From Callorhinchus milii (taxonomy: Eukaryota), in contig NW_024704742.1 of NCBI RefSeq assembly GCF_018977255.1, positions 138,076,001 to 138,140,000 of the forward strand: 64,000 bases of DNA, written 5' to 3'. Positions 51,405 through 63,465 of this stretch are shown piece by piece (position 1 is the first letter of the stretch; each line of letters begins with the position of its first letter). Position numbers and translations under genes: made by a program. Under the pieces are notes generated by a model. That model did no database searches and was not told the origin of the DNA. It worked only from the letters and a program-made list of their open reading frames with translations.

Positions 51405-51680
51405 TCAGCCCCGGCTCAGTCACTCACACTCTCACCTCCGAGTCAGGGCTTTGTGGGTTTGAGACCCTCAATGTTTCCAGGCTGACGCTCCAGCGCTGCG
51501 CTGGGGGGAGCGAGAGAGAGAGAGACACATTGTCAGAGGCGCCGTCCTTCAGATGAGACGTTAAACCTCACTCCCCGTCTGCGCCTGTTCAGGCGGACGT
51601 TAAAGATCCCGCTGCGCTGTGGGGAAAAGCAAAGGGAGTTTCTCTCTCGGTGTCCTGGACAACAATCCCCAGATACAATC
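51405..51680 (+). mobile_element. SINE-B
   Basis: Head and core as at 34185. Confidence 0.75.
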
Positions 51681-51714
51681 ACGGATAAGACTGCAGCAAA
51701 TGCGAAGGTTATTA

Positions 51715-53128
51715 ATCAGAGAATCATACAATTATACAGTACAGGAGGAGGCCATTCGGTCCATCGTGTCTCTGTCGGCTCTTTGAAAAGAGCTTCCAAA
51801 TCAACCCCACTCCCCCGCTCTCTCCCCATAGCCCTGATCAACCCCACTCCCCCGCTCTCTCCCCATAGCCCTGATCAACCCCACTCCCCCACTCTCTCCC
51901 CATAGCACTGCAAACTTGTCCTCCCCAAATAATTATCTACTTCTCTCTTAAAAGTTGTTATGGAATCGGCTTCCCTCAGCCTTTCAGGCAATGCATTCCA
52001 GATCCCAACAACTCGCTGTGTGAAAATATTTCTCCTCAAATCCCCTCTGTTTGTTTTAACAACTATTTTAAACCGGTGCCCTCGGGTTCCCGACCCACCG
52101 CCAGTGGGAATAGTCTCTCCTGTTCACTCTATCGAATCTCCTTATAACTTTGAAAACTTCTATTAAGTCTCCTCTTAACCCTCTCTGCTTCCAGGAGAAT
52201 AATCCCAGCGTCTCCGGCCTCTCCTGATCACTGAAGTCCCTCATTCCTGGTACCAATCTGGTCAATCTCCTTCTCACTCTCTCCAATGCCTTGACATCCT
52301 TCCTAAAGTGTGGGGCCCAGAACTGAACCCAGTCTTTCGTTGAGGCCCCACCAGTGTTTTATATAAAGGTTCATCATAACTTCCTGACTTGTGTATTCTA
52401 TGCCCCTATTTATAAAGCCTAATATCCCGGATGCTCAACAGCTGTATCTACCTGTCCGGCCACCTTCAAAGATTTACTATATGACCCCCAGGTCTCTCTG
52501 TTCCTTCACCCCCTTTAAGATTGTACCATCAGCTTATATTGCCTCTCTTTACTTTCCCAGCTCAGTATCATCTGCAAACGTGGGAATTGTCCTCCCTCTC
52601 CCCAAGCCCAGGTCATTTATATAGATCACAAACAGCAGTGGCCCCAATACTGGCCCCCGGGGGACACCACTGCACACTTCCCTCCAGTCAGAGAAACAAC
52701 CGTTCCCCACACTCTCTGCTCTCTGTCTCCAGTTCTGTATCCGCTGCCACTGTCCCTTTAATACCGGGGCTTCGATTCTGTTTACAAGTCTCTTATGAGG
52801 CACTTTATCAAAAACCTTTTGAAAATCCATATAAACGACATCAGCTGCTCTCCCTTCATCCGCCCTCTCCGTTACTGCATCAAAAAACTATCAGGTTTGT
52901 TAGACATGATTTGCCTTTAACAAACCCGTGTTGCCTGTCCTTTATTAACACATATTTTTCTAAGTGAAAATTTATTTTGTCCCGGATTGTAGTCTCTAGA
53001 AGTTTCTGCCCGACTGACGTGAGGCTGACTGTCCTGTTGTTCCCGGGTTTATCCTTCTGCCCCTTTGTGTACACGGGAGTAATATTAGTAACCCTCCAGT
53101 CCTCTGCCACCACCGCAGTGTCCAAGTG
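51715..53128 (-). mobile_element. CR1 LINE RT plus 3' UTR, degenerate
   Basis: WRVTNITPVY..G....PGN.R.VSLTSV, QHGFVKGKSCLTNL, DFQKVFDKVPH, SGVPRGPVLGPLLFVIYINDL, FADDT, LRGDLIEVFK. Confidence 0.92.
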
Positions 53129-53224
53129 ATGATGGAAAGATTGTCCCCGGAGACAACTTTTTATTATTATTGATTCTTCTTCATCTATAACTTATAATCA
53201 CACGTTCCACATTGTAATAACCCT

Positions 53225-53495
53225 GTGAGTGAGTGGGTGCTTTTGTGTGTGTGTGAGAGTGTGTGTGCGTGAATGTGTGCGTGTGTATGTTTGAATGTGA
53301 GTGAGTGTGTGTGTGTGCGTGTGTGAGTGTGTGTGTGCGTAAATGTGTGCGTGTGTAGGTTTGAATGTGAGTGAGTGTGTGTGTGTGCGTGTGTGAGTGT
53401 GTGTGTGCGTAAATGTGTGCGTGTGTAGGTTTGAATGTGAGTGAGTGAGTGAGTGAGTGATTGAGTGAGTGAGTGAGTGTGTGTATGTGAGTGTG
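53225..53495. repeat. GT/GAGT repeat with ~68-bp period
   Basis: TTTGAATGTGAGTGAG recurs 3 times. Confidence 0.82.
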
Positions 53496-53744
53496 ACGGG
53501 GAGAGAGCAGGGAATGGGGTTACAGTCGAGAGTTTTAATGTGCCCATCCTTGGACTGCAAACGTTCACCAAAATGGAACACAGTTACTACACGTTAAGTA
53601 AGTCCTGTGAAGCACTTTGAGAGGTACATGCTGTTACTCTGGTCTTCCTGAAGGGGGCGCTGCCACACGACATTTTAAATGAGACACTAACAAGTTAACA
53701 CCGCTGCCTGGTGGACAGATTGTGACACTGCAACTCACACAGGC

Positions 53745-53786
<42 letters not shown>

Positions 53787-54084
53787 CCTTGCATTTGATA
53801 TAGCGCTTTTCACGTCTTCTCGACGTCTCAAAACGCTTCACAGAATATACTGTAAAGTGAATTGACTGTATATTTGTGGGCGAACGCGGCAGCCAATTGC
53901 ACACAGCAGCGTCCCCACAAACTGCCGTGGATTGAAGTGACCGATTTATTATTATTTTTTTTTGGAGGGATTATTACCCCCGGAAAGTGATCTGCCAATC
54001 GACTGGTAACCGGGTTCCTACTGACTGCTGGTAACCAGAGAATCAATCTGACATTTGATCCAACATCGGCAGGACATCTCAAAG

Positions 54085-55505
54085 TGCTTGGTGACATCCT
54101 CCGCAGACATGGGGTCAATTTCCACGTGTGTGCGGATGACACCCAACTCTCCCTCTCTGCCCCACCCCATGGACTCCAGGACCCACTGCTGTCCTGTCAG
54201 AATGTCTGTCAGACGTCAGGTCCAGGATGAGTGCCAACCTTTTCAGTTGAACGTCAATACCCTGATTGGCTCCTGTCAGCGCCCCCTCACCTCAGGCCCT
54301 GACAGCATCACCATCCCTGGGGCTCACTCCCCCTCACTGCGCCAGTCCCGAACCTTGGGGTCTGGTTTGACCCTCAACTATCCTTTCTACCACCACATCT
54401 GCCCCATGACCCGCTCTGCCTCCTCCACCCCCGCAACATGGCCCGACTCCCCCACTGTCTCACACCTCAGGCCCCCGAGACCCTCACACACGCCTTCATA
54501 CAGCAACAACAACAACAAGAAGACGTCCCAAGGACAGAGTACAGCATTTCAGACTTTTTCAGCAGAGAGCGACATAATTCCTTCTCGAATTTGTGGTTCA
54601 ATCCCTCAGTCCTCAGTCTTGACGTAATGCCTGTGGCTAAATAAACCTCAGTTGTGCTCCTGCTCTTGATTGTGATCATCTGAAAATAGTCTATCAGTAC
54701 CTTTTTGAAGCAGAGCTGTAACACTCCCCTCTAGAAAACAAATATTAATTTTTTAAAATAATTATATGATTGAACAAATACTGAGTAGTAAATCTATGGA
54801 ACAACAACAACAATAACACAACAACGACAACACAACGACAACGATGACAACAACAGCAACAAAATTACATTGATAGAGCGCTTTTCATGTCGGGAGGACG
54901 TCCCAAAGCGCTTTAATATCGAGGCTCACTGTGCAAACTTCTTGCTTGTCGGCCTCCCCAACTCCTCCCTCCACAAGTGGCAGATCATCCAGAACTCTGC
55001 AGCCCGTGTCCTCTCCCCCACCAAACTCCGTGACCCCATCTCCCCCACTCTCGCCCGACTCCACCGGCTTCCCATCACACAGAGGATACAGTTCAAGATC
55101 CTGGTCCTCACCTTCAAGGTCCTCCATAGTCTTGCTCCCCACTGCCTCTGCGACCTCCTAACCCCCCACCATCCTGCTCACTCCCTCCGCTCAGCGGGCT
55201 CCGGCCTGCTTCACGTCCCCCGCCTCGCTCGCCCCACTATTGGTGGGCAGGTCTTCCCCTACTCTGCCTCCACCCTCTCGAAGTCCATCCTGCAGTCCCT
55301 CTGCCTCGCCCCCTCCCTTGCCTCCTTCAAGACCCATCAGAAGATCCTCCTCTTTGACCGTGCTTTTGATCTCCCTGCTTCCCCCACCCCTGCCCTCCAC
55401 CGTCCCCGACCCCAACCCTCAGCTCGGGTCCGAAAGTGCCTGTCCTGCGCCTTGGGACGTCCTCCCGACATGAAAGGCGCTTTACACGTGGAATTTTGTT
55501 GTTGT
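54085..55505 (+). mobile_element. 5'-truncated L2 interrupted at about 54500-54920
   Basis: 54085-54500 matches 12190-12610; ORF 54870-55508 carries L2 C-terminal motifs and the tail. Confidence 0.82.
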
Positions 55506-57139
55506 TAAATAATAATAATAATCCTTGCATTTGATATTGCGCTTTTCACATCTTCTCGACATCTCAAAGCGCTTCGCAGAATGGACTGTGAAGTGAATTG
55601 ACTGTATACTTGTGGGCGTATATTTGTTGTTGCTTCACAGGACTCGCCGTAAAGTGTAGTGACTGTGCTTTGTGGGCAAACACAGCAGCCAATCGCAAGA
55701 GTGTACTGCAAATAGCCATCAAGTGAATGATCAATAGGGGGAGTGTAGGAGACGGGAATAGAGGGGTGTGGGAGGGGGTTGGGAAGGGGAGGTATGGGGG
55801 GTGTTGTGGGGTGGTGGGTGTGGGTGGGAATGGTGGCCGTGGGGGGACTCCAGCCAGTGCAAGGCACTGATATTGTTTGTGACTGGTTTAGTTTAGTTTA
55901 GTTTCTCTTCCTGCCTGTGACGAGGCAGGGAGAAGGGAGGGGTGGGTGGGTGGGGGGGGGGGGGGTGCGAGTTGGGGAATTTCCATCTCCATCAGGGGAA
56001 TTTGTGTGGTTGACCTTGAACTGTGACCATTCCATTGACACATCAAACTATCCGGCTGAACACGAGCCGGGAGTCGGGGGCCGGGGGCTGAGTTAGGGGT
56101 GCGCTGGGGGTTTGAGGCTGGAGGTTGGGGGACGTTGGGGACTGCGTGAGGTAAAGGCAACCACAAGTTGTCAAGGAAGCCCAACATTTACTGATAAGAA
56201 AATCTCTCACTGTTTAATTGACTGAAACTCTCTCCTTGTACAGTCACTGCTAACCGCTCACTGGTATTTGTGTGCAAACATATCGCCTCCAGCAATCTCC
56301 CAACCCCCCCCCACCACCCCCACCCCCACCCCCACCACCCACCGACACAGCAATCTATATGCAGGAATTGTCAGCCACGACTCCGAGTGAGAGAGAGAGA
56401 GAGAGAGAAACTCCCTTCGCTTTCAAAGCCCTCCGCAGCCTGGCCCCTCCCTACCTCTGCGACCGGCTAACCCCATATCAACCTGTCCGCCACCCCACCC
56501 CTCTCTGCCCCCACTCTTCGGACCTCCATCCCATAGTCCCTTCCCCCTCGCTCCCTCCCTGGCCTCCTTCAACGCCCGTCTCAAGACCCTCCTCCTCAAC
56601 CGGGCCTTCGGTCGCCCTCCTACCCCCCCACCACCCTCCCTGCCCTCCACCCCTCCTGACCCCAACCCCCAGCTCGGGTCCAAACCCCTGACTGTCCAGC
56701 GCCTTGGGACGTCCTCCCGACGTGAAAGCCGCCGTGTAAATGTCATGCGTTGCGGTTGTTTGTTGTTACTCTCTTTTCCCGACAGCCAGAGCCGCGGGAC
56801 CTTTAACGTCCACCTGAACCGGGCACAGACGGGGAGTGAGGTTTGACGTCTCATCCGAAGGACGGCGTCTCTGATAACGCAGCTCGCTCTCCCCAGCGCT
56901 GGGTTGCGCTGTGCTGGACTGTGAGCCCTCACTGCGGGCACTCATTCATCTATAAAGATTGTGAAATAATCCCTCGGATTAGCGGAGGTCCACGCAGGGT
57001 TTTGTGGTTTGTGATTAGATCGGAATCTTCGATGAGATCTCGCTCTGTCGTTCACTCGGAGTCCCAAAGGCTTTTACAGTCTCCACAGAAGCCGAGTCAC
57101 AGCCAACACTCTCCACGTTGTAGTTTAGTGGTCAGAGCG

Positions 57140-57477
57140 AGCGAGAGGGCCTGGGTTCGATTCCCGGGCAGCGCGAAACATTGGGCAAGTTTCCTTCTTC
57201 CGCACGCCTCTGTGTACCTCGCAGCAAGTGAGGTTGTTAGTTGATTGGCGGATCACTTTCCCTGAGGTGATAATCTCTTTAAAAATTTAATACAATAATA
57301 ATAATGCGGTCACTTAATCCACGGCTGTTTGTGGGGACGCTGCTGTGCGCAATTGGCTGCCGCGTTTCGCCCACAAAATATACAGTCACTACACTTTACA
57401 GTACATTCTGTGAAGCGCTTTGAGATGTCCCGAAGATATGATAAGGCGCTGTATCAGGCGAGGATTATTATTATTAT
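57140..57477 (+). mobile_element. SINE-A
   Basis: B box, body and tail. Confidence 0.8.
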
Positions 57478-57479
57478 CA

Positions 57480-58505
57480 GGACAAATTATGTAAAGGTCC
57501 TCCCAGCGCACTGAAGACAGAGGCCTGACAGAGAGCTGAGGAAGCTCGGAGGCTTGTGATGACGGCTGCTGGAAGGTGTTATGGAAGTCTGAGTTAGTGA
57601 CACACGTGTTCGTATGTCAGCACCTGGAATCCACCCTGACTGGCCTGCGGAGAGGTCAGCAGCTGCTGCTTAAACTCCGCACCTCCAACTGGTGGACCCA
57701 TCGCTCAATGGGAAGGGCTGTGTGTCTGAGCTGTGGACAGGAAGATGGTGGCAGTGCTCTCATGCATTTCGTGCAGAGCTGTGTTGCCCACCAGGAAGCT
57801 TAAGGGGAGTTCCTGGTATCTACCATCCACCAAGCGAGGGCTCAAACCCACGAGCAACCAATGACAATTCTCCCTGGGGAGAGGGAGGTAATCGGGGGGT
57901 CTCCTCGGAGCTGAACTGGCCCCAAGGTGACATGTCTGGTAACGGAATAGAGCCCACCCTCTGTGACGGTCTCTAGACCCGGTTCCTGAGCCAGGAGGGT
58001 CCACAGTATCCGTGGGGTCTCACTACTGATGACAGCACAGCCTGGCCTGGCCTCATCGGCAGGACCTGGAAGGGCCGACCAGTCACTGGGGAATCCTCCC
58101 CCTCAGTTCCTGTCAACCCTGCAGCCAAAGCCCTAACAGATAATAATAATAATAATAATAATCCTCGCATTTGATATAGAGCTTTTCACGTCGGGAGGAC
58201 GTCCCAAAGCGCTTCACAGAACACACTGTAAAGTGAATTGACTGTATATTTGTGGGCTAACGCGGCAGCCAATGGCTCACAGCAATGTCCCACAAACAGT
58301 TATAGAGTGAAAATGACCAATTTATTATTGTTTTGGGTTTTGGAGGGAATATTATTAGGCTCTGTGTGGAGTAAGGAAACTTGTCCAAGGTTTCGCCCTC
58401 TGCCTGGAATTGAACTCAGGTCTCTCACTTGCAAAGCGAGTGCTCTAACCACTGAGCTACAGGACTCCACAGATAGGGTGGTCCTCGCTGGACAAGAAGC
58501 GGGAA
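57480..58505 (+). mobile_element. 3' end of an unclassified non-LTR retrotransposon (family X): ORF tail with CCHC zinc knuckle plus long 3' UTR
   Basis: ORF 57576-57803 KLRTSN...CLSCGQEDGGSALMHFVQSC resembles the C-terminal CCHC knuckle of LINE ORF2. The downstream sequence recurs in several other copies in the window. Confidence 0.6.
58143..58468 (-). mobile_element. SINE-A young subfamily with 7-bp TSD, nested in family X
   Basis: ACAGATA at 58136-58142 and 58469-58475. Confidence 0.88.
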
Positions 58506-58798
58506 ACCTAGAAACATAGGAACAGGAGGAGGCCATTCAACCTCTCAAGCCTGTTCCGCCATTTTTAGAAGATCATGGCTGATCTGTACCTCAACTTCAT
58601 TTCCCCGCCTTTGCCCCGTATCCCTTCATACCTTTGCCTAAGTTTTGCACTGCCCGGGAATTGAACCTGGGTCCTCTTGCTTGTGTACAGGGGTCCAATG
58701 TTCTGGGGCCCGTCGTTGTGATAACCTGACACCCGACCCTGCCCGGCGGGAACACAGACACACGTGCAAACATTCTTGGCCGACAGTAAGAAAATAGA

Positions 58799-58804
58799 TT
58801 TATT
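58799..58804 (-). terminator. Candidate polyA signal of the CCL19-like gene
   Basis: AATAAA on - (TTTATT on +), with ATTAAA about 15 nt upstream, at the edge of unique sequence. Confidence 0.45.
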
Positions 58805-58999
58805 TCGGATCAGGTTTAATGCACATTTCAAGATCCGCGAAGCACAGAGTCTGAGGGACTGTGTCGGTGAGTGTAGGCGATGGCATTAACACTGCACAGG
58901 AACGCGGACATCAACCATTTGCTTCTGTGTAAAGCCCTTCGCGCAGGGCAGCAGCTCAGAGCGATTAACAGTGGCGGAGGCTGCGGGAAAGGAGGGCAG

Positions 59000-59380
59000 C
59001 ACTCACTCTCTCTCACTCACTCGCAAACTCTCACTCAGCCTCTCACTCCATCACTCCATCACTCTCTCACTCACTCACAAACTCTCACTCAGTCTCTCAC
59101 TCAAGCCCTCCCTCACTCTCTTACTCCCTCACTCACTCTCACTCACACACTCTACTCACTCCCTCACTCTCTCACTCACTCACACTCTCACTCACTCTCT
59201 TACTCACACACTCACTCACACTCTCACTCAATCGTCTACTCACTCATTCTTTTGCTCACTCTCTCACTCAGTCGCTCAGTCTCTCACTTAATCACTTAAT
59301 CCTTCACTCACTCACCTACTCACTCACTCACTCACTCCCACTCTCACACCCTTTCTTATACTCACTCACCCATTCACTCA
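59000..59380. repeat. (TCAC)n-derived repeat
   Basis: Direct reading. Confidence 0.85.
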
Positions 59381-59605
59381 GAGTAGGTTCTGGTGTGTGT
59401 GTGTGCGTGTGTGTGGGAGACGATGGGGGTGTGTGGATGGGTGGGGTTGAGGATAGGGGTATGGGTGGGGGTGGGAGAGGAAGGCGCTGACTGTGATTGC
59501 AATAAAAGGAAGTGATACAAAACAGGGAGCAGACGGTGAGGCTGGGGGTGGGGGTGGGGATGGGGAGCAATGTCTCTCCCTGTACCAGCCGCCAGCCGCT
59601 CAGCT

Positions 59606-60893
59606 CTACCTGGGAGTAAAAAGGTAGAGGGCCAGAGATCAGCGAGTCAGAGTACGTCACCCTCAAACCCAGCTCCAACCTCCAACCCCAACCCCAGCCC
59701 CACCCTCACCCAAAGCCTCAAACCCCAGCCCCAACCACAGCCCCAAACCCCAGTCACCAGCTCCAATCCCATCCCCAGGCCCAACCCAACCCCATCCCCA
59801 GCCCCCAGCCCCAACTACCAACCCCAAACCCAATCCCTTCCCTAGCCCCAACCCCAGCCTCAACCTCGACCCCCAGCTCCAACCCCAAACCCAACCCCCA
59901 GCCTCAACACCCAGCCCACAGCCCCCAACCCTCAACACCAAACCCTCCCCCACCCCCAGCCAAAACTCCAGCCCCATCCCCCAACCCTAACCCAGCCCCA
60001 ACCCCCAAACCCAGCCACCAACAGGATAACAGTCCCTCTACACTGTCCGTGCACACTCCCAGATCAGGGTTAGAGAAGGAGTGAGTTATTACCATGATGA
60101 GGCCTTTGCGTTCTGGTCTATCATGTGGATGAGTTCCCTGACCCAGTACTTGTAAGGAGGGGCGCACAGGCGCCTGGATCTGACTGTGATGAAACTAAAA
60201 AGTGAGAAAGAAACATTTGTCAAACACAGCACAGCTCCCCCTCCCCACATCACACTAACCCTGGCCACAGTTACACTCCCACCACAACAACAATCTGCAT
60301 TTATATGGCATCCTTCACGTGAGGTAGCGCCCCGGAACGCTTGACAGTGGCGGAGTCTGACCCCAAACCAGGGAGAGAGGGAGTTGGGAGGTGACCAGAA
60401 GCCCGATCAAAAAGGAAGGTCGAAGAGGAGGGTCTAGAAACAGGCCTTGAAGGAGGTCAGAGAGCGAGCGAGGCAAAGGGAATGTGGGGTGGACTTCCAA
60501 AGGGTCGGGATAGAGAGGCTGAAGGCCCGACCGCCGATGGTGGGATGGGATAGGCAGGCAGAGGACGTGGAGCAGGCCGGAGCCTGGTGAGCCGAGGGAG
60601 CGGACAGATTGATATGGGGATAACAGGTCACAGAGGCAGCAAGGAACACGAGGCCATGGAGGGCTTTGAAGGTGAGGACGAGGATTTTTAACTCTATTCT
60701 CTGGGGGATAGGGAGCCAATGGAGCCGGACGAGGGTGGGGGCGATAGGGTCACGGAGCTTACTCACACCACAGCACGGATCCGGCAGCCGTCCGCGGGTT
60801 CCTGCCGCAGGTAGTTTGCCACAATCCTTCCCGGGATTCTCTTCCTGCTGACGGACAGGCAGCAGTCCATAATTCCACCATTCTCGGTGTAGG
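59606..60893 (-). CDS. CCL19: CC chemokine, CCL19(/CCL21)-like, 5'-partial, complement(join(59606..59609,60093..60194,60767..60893))
   Basis: Splices to (x)YTENGGIMDCCLSVSRKRIPGRIVANYLRQEPADGCRIRAVVFITVRSRRLCAPPYKYWVRELIHMIDQNAKASSW*. DCCLSV, IPG.IV, DGCR..AVVF and LCAPP...WV are CCL19-type motifs, and there is no long CCL21-type tail. No signal-peptide exon was found in 60894-64000. Confidence 0.88.
60093..60194 (-). CDS. CCL19: CCL19-like exon 3
   Basis: ctttttag|FITVRSRRLCAPPYKYWVRELIHMIDQNAKASS, then TG|GTAATA (or read-through TGG TAA). Confidence 0.9.
60290..60760 (-). mobile_element. L2 3' fragment filling CCL19-like intron 2
   Basis: LRDPIAPTLVRLHWLPIPQRIELKIL, followed by the tail. 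Confidence 0.82.
60767..60893 (-). CDS. CCL19: CCL19-like exon 2
   Basis: ctacacag|...MDCCLSVSRKRIPG...DGCRIRAV|GTGAGT; 127 nt, phases 1 and 2; absent from the ORF track. Confidence 0.9.
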
Positions 60894-61034
60894 CTGTGTA
60901 GAGAGCAAGCAAATCAATCAGCGCGCCGTCTGCCATCACACAGCACAGTCACTACACCTCGCAGTCACTACACCTCACAGTTACTAAGCCTCACAGTCAC
61001 TGCACTTCACTCTTCCCCTCTTAAAAAATAATCC

Positions 61035-61356
61035 TTCTAGATGTCTCAAAGCGCTTCACAGGATATATTGTAAAGTGTAGTGACCGTATATTTTGTGGAC
61101 GAAACGCAACAGCCAATTGCGCACAGCACCGTCCCACAAACAGTCATGGATTGAGCGACCAATTTTTTTTCAAGGAATTATTACCCCGTAGAAAAGCGAT
61201 CCACCAATCAACTAACAACCAGGTTCCTACCTACTGCCGCTAAACAGAGGCGTGCGGAGTAGGGAAACTTGCTCAGTGTTTCGCCCTGGCCAGGAATCGA
61301 ACCTGGGACCTCTCGCTTGCGAGGCGAATGCTCTAACCAATGGTCTACAGGACTCC
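61035..61356 (-). mobile_element. SINE-A
   Basis: Head and body. Confidence 0.8.
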
Positions 61357-61389
61357 AACCACAGGATTGAGGTGATGGGGTAGGGAGTT

Positions 61390-61960
61390 TAGTATGGGTG
61401 ATAGGGAGCTAGTGGAGCCTGATGAGAGCTGGCGTGATGGGAGTACAGAGTTTAGTGAGGGTGAGTTTCCGGGCAGTCGAGTTTGGGATCAGTTGGATTT
61501 TGTAGATAGTGGAGCTGGGGAGACGGGTGAGCAGGATTGGGGGGTAGTTGAGGTGGGAGGTGACGAAAGGGTGGATGAGGGTTTCGGTGGGTTGGGTGTG
61601 AGGTACAGACGGAGGCGGGCAATGTGACGGAGGTGGAGGAAAGTGAACCTGGTCAGGGACCGGACGTGGGGAAGGGAGGACAGCTGGGGGTCGAAGCTGA
61701 CACCTAGATTACGAACAGTTTCGATAAGTCTTAAGGAAAGGCCAGGGAGGTTGAGGAGGTCAGAGCCGCAGGAGAGAAAATGTTGATGGGAGCCAAGGAG
61801 TATGGCTTCCTTCTTGTCGACATACAACTGCAGAAAGTTTGTGTTCATCCAGGGCTTGACGTCTGACAGACAAGCTGACAGGACATCAGCAAACCTGCAG
61901 TCGCAGCTGGAGGAGAAGTAGATTTGGGTGTCAACCGCATACATGTGGAAGTTGATCCCA
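61390..61960 (-). mobile_element. Older L2 RT fragment
   Basis: FHMYAVDTQIY, VRNLGVSFD. Confidence 0.8.
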
Positions 61961-62059
61961 ATCAAACAATAAACCAATAATTATCTGAATAATAATCATC
62001 ACCGTTGCATTTGATATCATGCCTTATCACGTCATGCAAACGTCTCAAAGCGCTTTACA

Positions 62060-63170
62060 ACGAACCATAGAGATTTGCGGCATTTTATTTAAGAAATCCA
62101 TTCTGCCCATTGTACCTGTGCTGCTCTTTTAAGAGCAAACCTTTCAGTCCTATTTCCCCACACGTCTCACTGACTCTTTTGAAGGTATCTGTCTAGTTCC
62201 CCCTTGAAACGAATATAGATTCTGCTTCAACCACTGCTCCCAGCAGTTCATGCCATATCCTGACCGCTCTCTGTGTGTGAAACAATCTCTCCCAACCTCC
62301 CCATTTGCTCGGTTATTCATTTGAAGGGAGATTCTCTCTCCTGGTGTCCCAGTTGACAATCCCCCGAATAAAATTGGTCTCTTGTTTCAAGGCTGTTTGT
62401 GGGACTCTACTGTGTGCAATTGTGCTGCCGCGATCACCCACAAAATACACAGTCACTCCACCTCACAATAAATCCTATCAAACGTCTTGAGAAGTCCTTC
62501 CGATGTGATAAGGCACTGTATCAAATGCAAGGATTATTATTATTATGATGCCCTCCAATGACTGACTCATCGACCTGTGGGAATAATGTCTCCCTGTTAC
62601 CTCTATCAAAAAAGCCTTGTCGTTTCAAGACCTCGATCAGGTCACCCCTAAATCTGCTTTGTTCCAGCAGAAAAACTCCCAGTTCCTCCCGTCTCCGCTC
62701 AGAGGCCAAACCCCTCATCCCGGAATCATCCTATTAAATCTCCTCTACACCCTTTCTATCAGCTTGATGTCTTTCCTAAAGTGACGTTGCAATACTGGAC
62801 ACAATCTCCTAACTGAGGTCTGACTAATAATTTATACAAGTTTACCTCCTTGCTGTATATTTTGTGCTCTGGGACGTCCTCCCGACGTGAAAAGTGCTAT
62901 ACAAATGTAATTTTGTTGTTGTTGATGTATTCTATCCCTCTGTTGCTCTTTTGACTGCTGTTTTCTTTCCCACCTGTAAGGATTTATGTCCATTAACCCC
63001 CAAGTCCCTCTGCTGTTCCGTCTCCTTTTAATATTTTACCCCAACATAGACTCCTTATTCTTCCTCCCAAAATGTCGAACCTCACATTTGCCCGCATTAG
63101 ATTGTATTTGCCTTCTCTCTGCCCAATCAATTAATCTGTCTATGTCTCCCTGAAGGTGCTTACAATCTTC
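62060..63170 (-). mobile_element. CR1 3' fragments interrupted by SINE pieces
   Basis: LEQSRFRGDLIEVLK; paralogous to 52100-52560. Confidence 0.7.
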
Positions 63171-63184
63171 TGCGCTGTTATATA

Positions 63185-63465
63185 ATCATAATCCTTGCAC
63201 TTAATAGCGCCTTATCACCTTGTTGAGAGTGCTTTGCAGAATATACTGTAAAGTGAATTGGCTGTGTATTTTGTGGGTGAAACGCAGCAGTCAATTGGAC
63301 ACAGCAGTGTTTTTTTTGAAGGGATTATTACCCCTGGATCAGCCAATAAATTAACAACCGGGTTCCTACTTACTGCTAGATAAGCAAAGGCGTGTGGAGT
63401 GAGGAAACTTGCCCAAGGTTTCGTCCTGCCCTGGAATTGAATCCTGGAGTGCTCTAACCACTACA
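63185..63465 (-). mobile_element. SINE-A, degenerate
   Basis: Body and tail. Confidence 0.72.

Noticed and set aside
58020..58080. Hammerhead ribozyme at CTGATGA (also near 2390)
   Set aside because: No correctly placed GAAA after a stem II and no cleavage-site helix could be built
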